Assembly (NCBI GenBank): GCA_965208105.1
Contig: OZ242318.1
Coordinates: 3,136,001-3,200,000 of the forward strand
DNA length: 64,000 nucleotides
Source of the DNA: Candidatus Latescibacterota bacterium
GTDB lineage: Bacteria; Latescibacterota; UBA2968; UBA8231
Reading direction: 5' to 3'
Numbering within the stretch: position 1 is the first letter of the stretch; every line of letters begins with the position of its first letter. The notes beneath the pieces were generated by a model. That model saw only the letters and a program-made list of their open reading frames with translations, was not told the DNA's origin and made no database searches. Positions 62,833 to 64,000 of this stretch are shown in pieces. Both the position numbers and the translations under genes were made by a program.

Positions 62833-63504
62833 CTATTCCTGGTCCGCCCACGGCATGCGCTCGGTGCTCAGGACTTCGATCTCGTAGACGAGTACCGAGT
62901 TCGGAGGGATCGATCCTGCTTTCTTTCTTCCATATCCCTGACCGGGCGGAATGACGATCCGTCCTTTTCCGCCCACCTTCATCTGCCTGACGCCCTTGGT
63001 GAATCCCGGCATCATCTGGCTCAGGGGAACCTTCTCGGGCTTGTCGCGCTCCAGGGTGCTGTCGAATACGGTGCCGTCGACGAGGGTTCCACGGTAGTGA
63101 ACGGTGACCCAGTCCCGGCGCTTGATCTCCTCGCCGGTGCCAGGGGTCAGCTCAATGTAGATCACCCCGGACGGCAGTACGACAGCCCCTTCTTCGGCAG
63201 CGGCTGCTGCCAGAAACTCCTGCTCTCCCCTGATCCTGAACTTGTCCGACAGGGCGCCGACCATTGGAAGGTACTCCGAGAGGTCCACTTCGGGATCGCG
63301 GTTGCGGGCGGCGTCCTCGACACCTCGCATGACGGGCTCGAGCTCCTCCTGGGTCAACTGGCCCTTGAAGGGTCCCAGTCCTTCGGCCACCAAAAGCCCC
63401 AGGGCGTAGTGGTTCTTCTCTTCCTCGGTCTCCAGTTTCACCTGACTGCCACATCCAACCAGAGCCAGGGCAGTTGCACCCGCTATCAGGTGTATCGCTT
63501 TCAT
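62833..63504 (-). CDS. FKBP-type peptidyl-prolyl isomerase (FkpA/Mip-like lipoprotein)
   Basis: Lipobox LVGC; VHYRGTLVDGTVFDS, IPPNSVLVYEIEVL. Confidence 0.9.
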   Translation of the reverse strand: MKAIHLIAGATALALVGCGSQVKLETEEEKNHYALGLLVAEGLGPFKGQLTQEELEPVMRGVEDAARNRDPEVDLSEYLPMVGALSDKFRIRGEQEFLAAAAAEEGAVVLPSGVIYIELTPGTGEEIKRRDWVTVHYRGTLVDGTVFDSTLERDKPEKVPLSQMMPGFTKGVRQMKVGGKGRIVIPPGQGYGRKKAGSIPPNSVLVYEIEVLSTERMPWADQE

Positions 63505-63539
63505 CCTGGTTCAATCTCCTCGGTTATTGATGCGAATCC

Positions 63540-64000
63540 CTATTCGATACCCAGCAGCTCGACCTCGAAAATCAAGGTGGCTCCGCCCGGAATGGCGGGC
63601 GGGCGGCCTGCGTCGCCGTAGGCCAGGTCGGATGGGATGACCAGGAGCGCCTTGCCTCCCGCTTTCATCATCTGCAGCCCCTCGATCCAACCTGGAATGA
63701 CTTGATCAAGGGGAAAGGAGGTGGGCTCGCCGCGTTGAACCGAGCTGTCGAATACGGTGCCGTCGACCAGGGTTCCGTGGTAATGCACCTTGACCCTGTC
63801 CGTCGGTTCGGGTTGGGGTCCGGTGCCGGCGGCGAGCTCCTTGTAGACCAGCCCGGAAGCGGTCTTGACCGCACCGGCTTCGGCCGACGCCTTTTCCAGG
63901 TAGGCTCGATCCCGGTCCTTTTGAGGCATCGCCGCCACGGACATGCGCTCCTTTATCATGGCCTCGAGCAGGGGAATGCGCTCCTGCAGGCTCACCAGGG
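63540..64000 (-). CDS. FKBP-type peptidyl-prolyl isomerase (5' end outside the window)
   Basis: VHYHGTLVDGTVFDSS, VIPGWIEGLQMM, IPGGATLIFEVELL. Confidence 0.92.
   Translation of the reverse strand, partial: LVSLQERIPLLEAMIKERMSVAAMPQKDRDRAYLEKASAEAGAVKTASGLVYKELAAGTGPQPEPTDRVKVHYHGTLVDGTVFDSSVQRGEPTSFPLDQVIPGWIEGLQMMKAGGKALLVIPSDLAYGDAGRPPAIPGGATLIFEVELLGIE

Noticed and set aside
1-64000. CRISPR array or cas genes
   Set aside because: No regularly spaced direct repeats and no Cas motifs seen

Overview
Positions ~54.1-64 kb are ordinary chromosome: an nfeD-nfeD2-floA flotillin operon, hrpA, a TIM-barrel isomerase and two FKBP PPIases. A tRNA-Leu(CAA) at 53998-54084 (- strand) is followed directly by a P4-type tyrosine integrase. 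Everything from there to position 1 looks like one large, IS-riddled genomic island (>54 kb; I found no second att site in the window). The island carries: (i) a phage/satellite-like module (2 x AlpA, DUF1376-like initiator, DnaB) with no recognisable virion genes; (ii) defence-type genes (ApeA-like HEPN, two paralogous HEPN-like orphans, an Mrr-family nuclease, a TIGR04255 three-gene cassette, a phage-type adenine MTase, RadC); (iii) secreted/surface proteins (leishmanolysin-like, dockerin+YWTD, TolB-like, FGE-like, lipocalin-like), of which the non-lipoproteins share a short C-terminal TAV-x3-(S/T)W(G/A)x(I/V)K motif; (iv) a fused kinase-receiver-OmpR regulator and an internally deleted paralogue; (v) IS256, IS3, ISKra4, IS701, IS481 and IS1595 elements or remnants and a group II intron remnant. 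The most unexplained signals are two long non-coding, densely base-paired tracts (~37.3-38.45 kb and ~39.86-40.3 kb) that look like large structured RNAs, and the C-terminal motif as a candidate sorting signal. Gene content suggests a Latescibacterota/Poribacteria-like, possibly sponge-associated bacterium (inference only). All family calls come from motif recognition by eye; no database searches were run.
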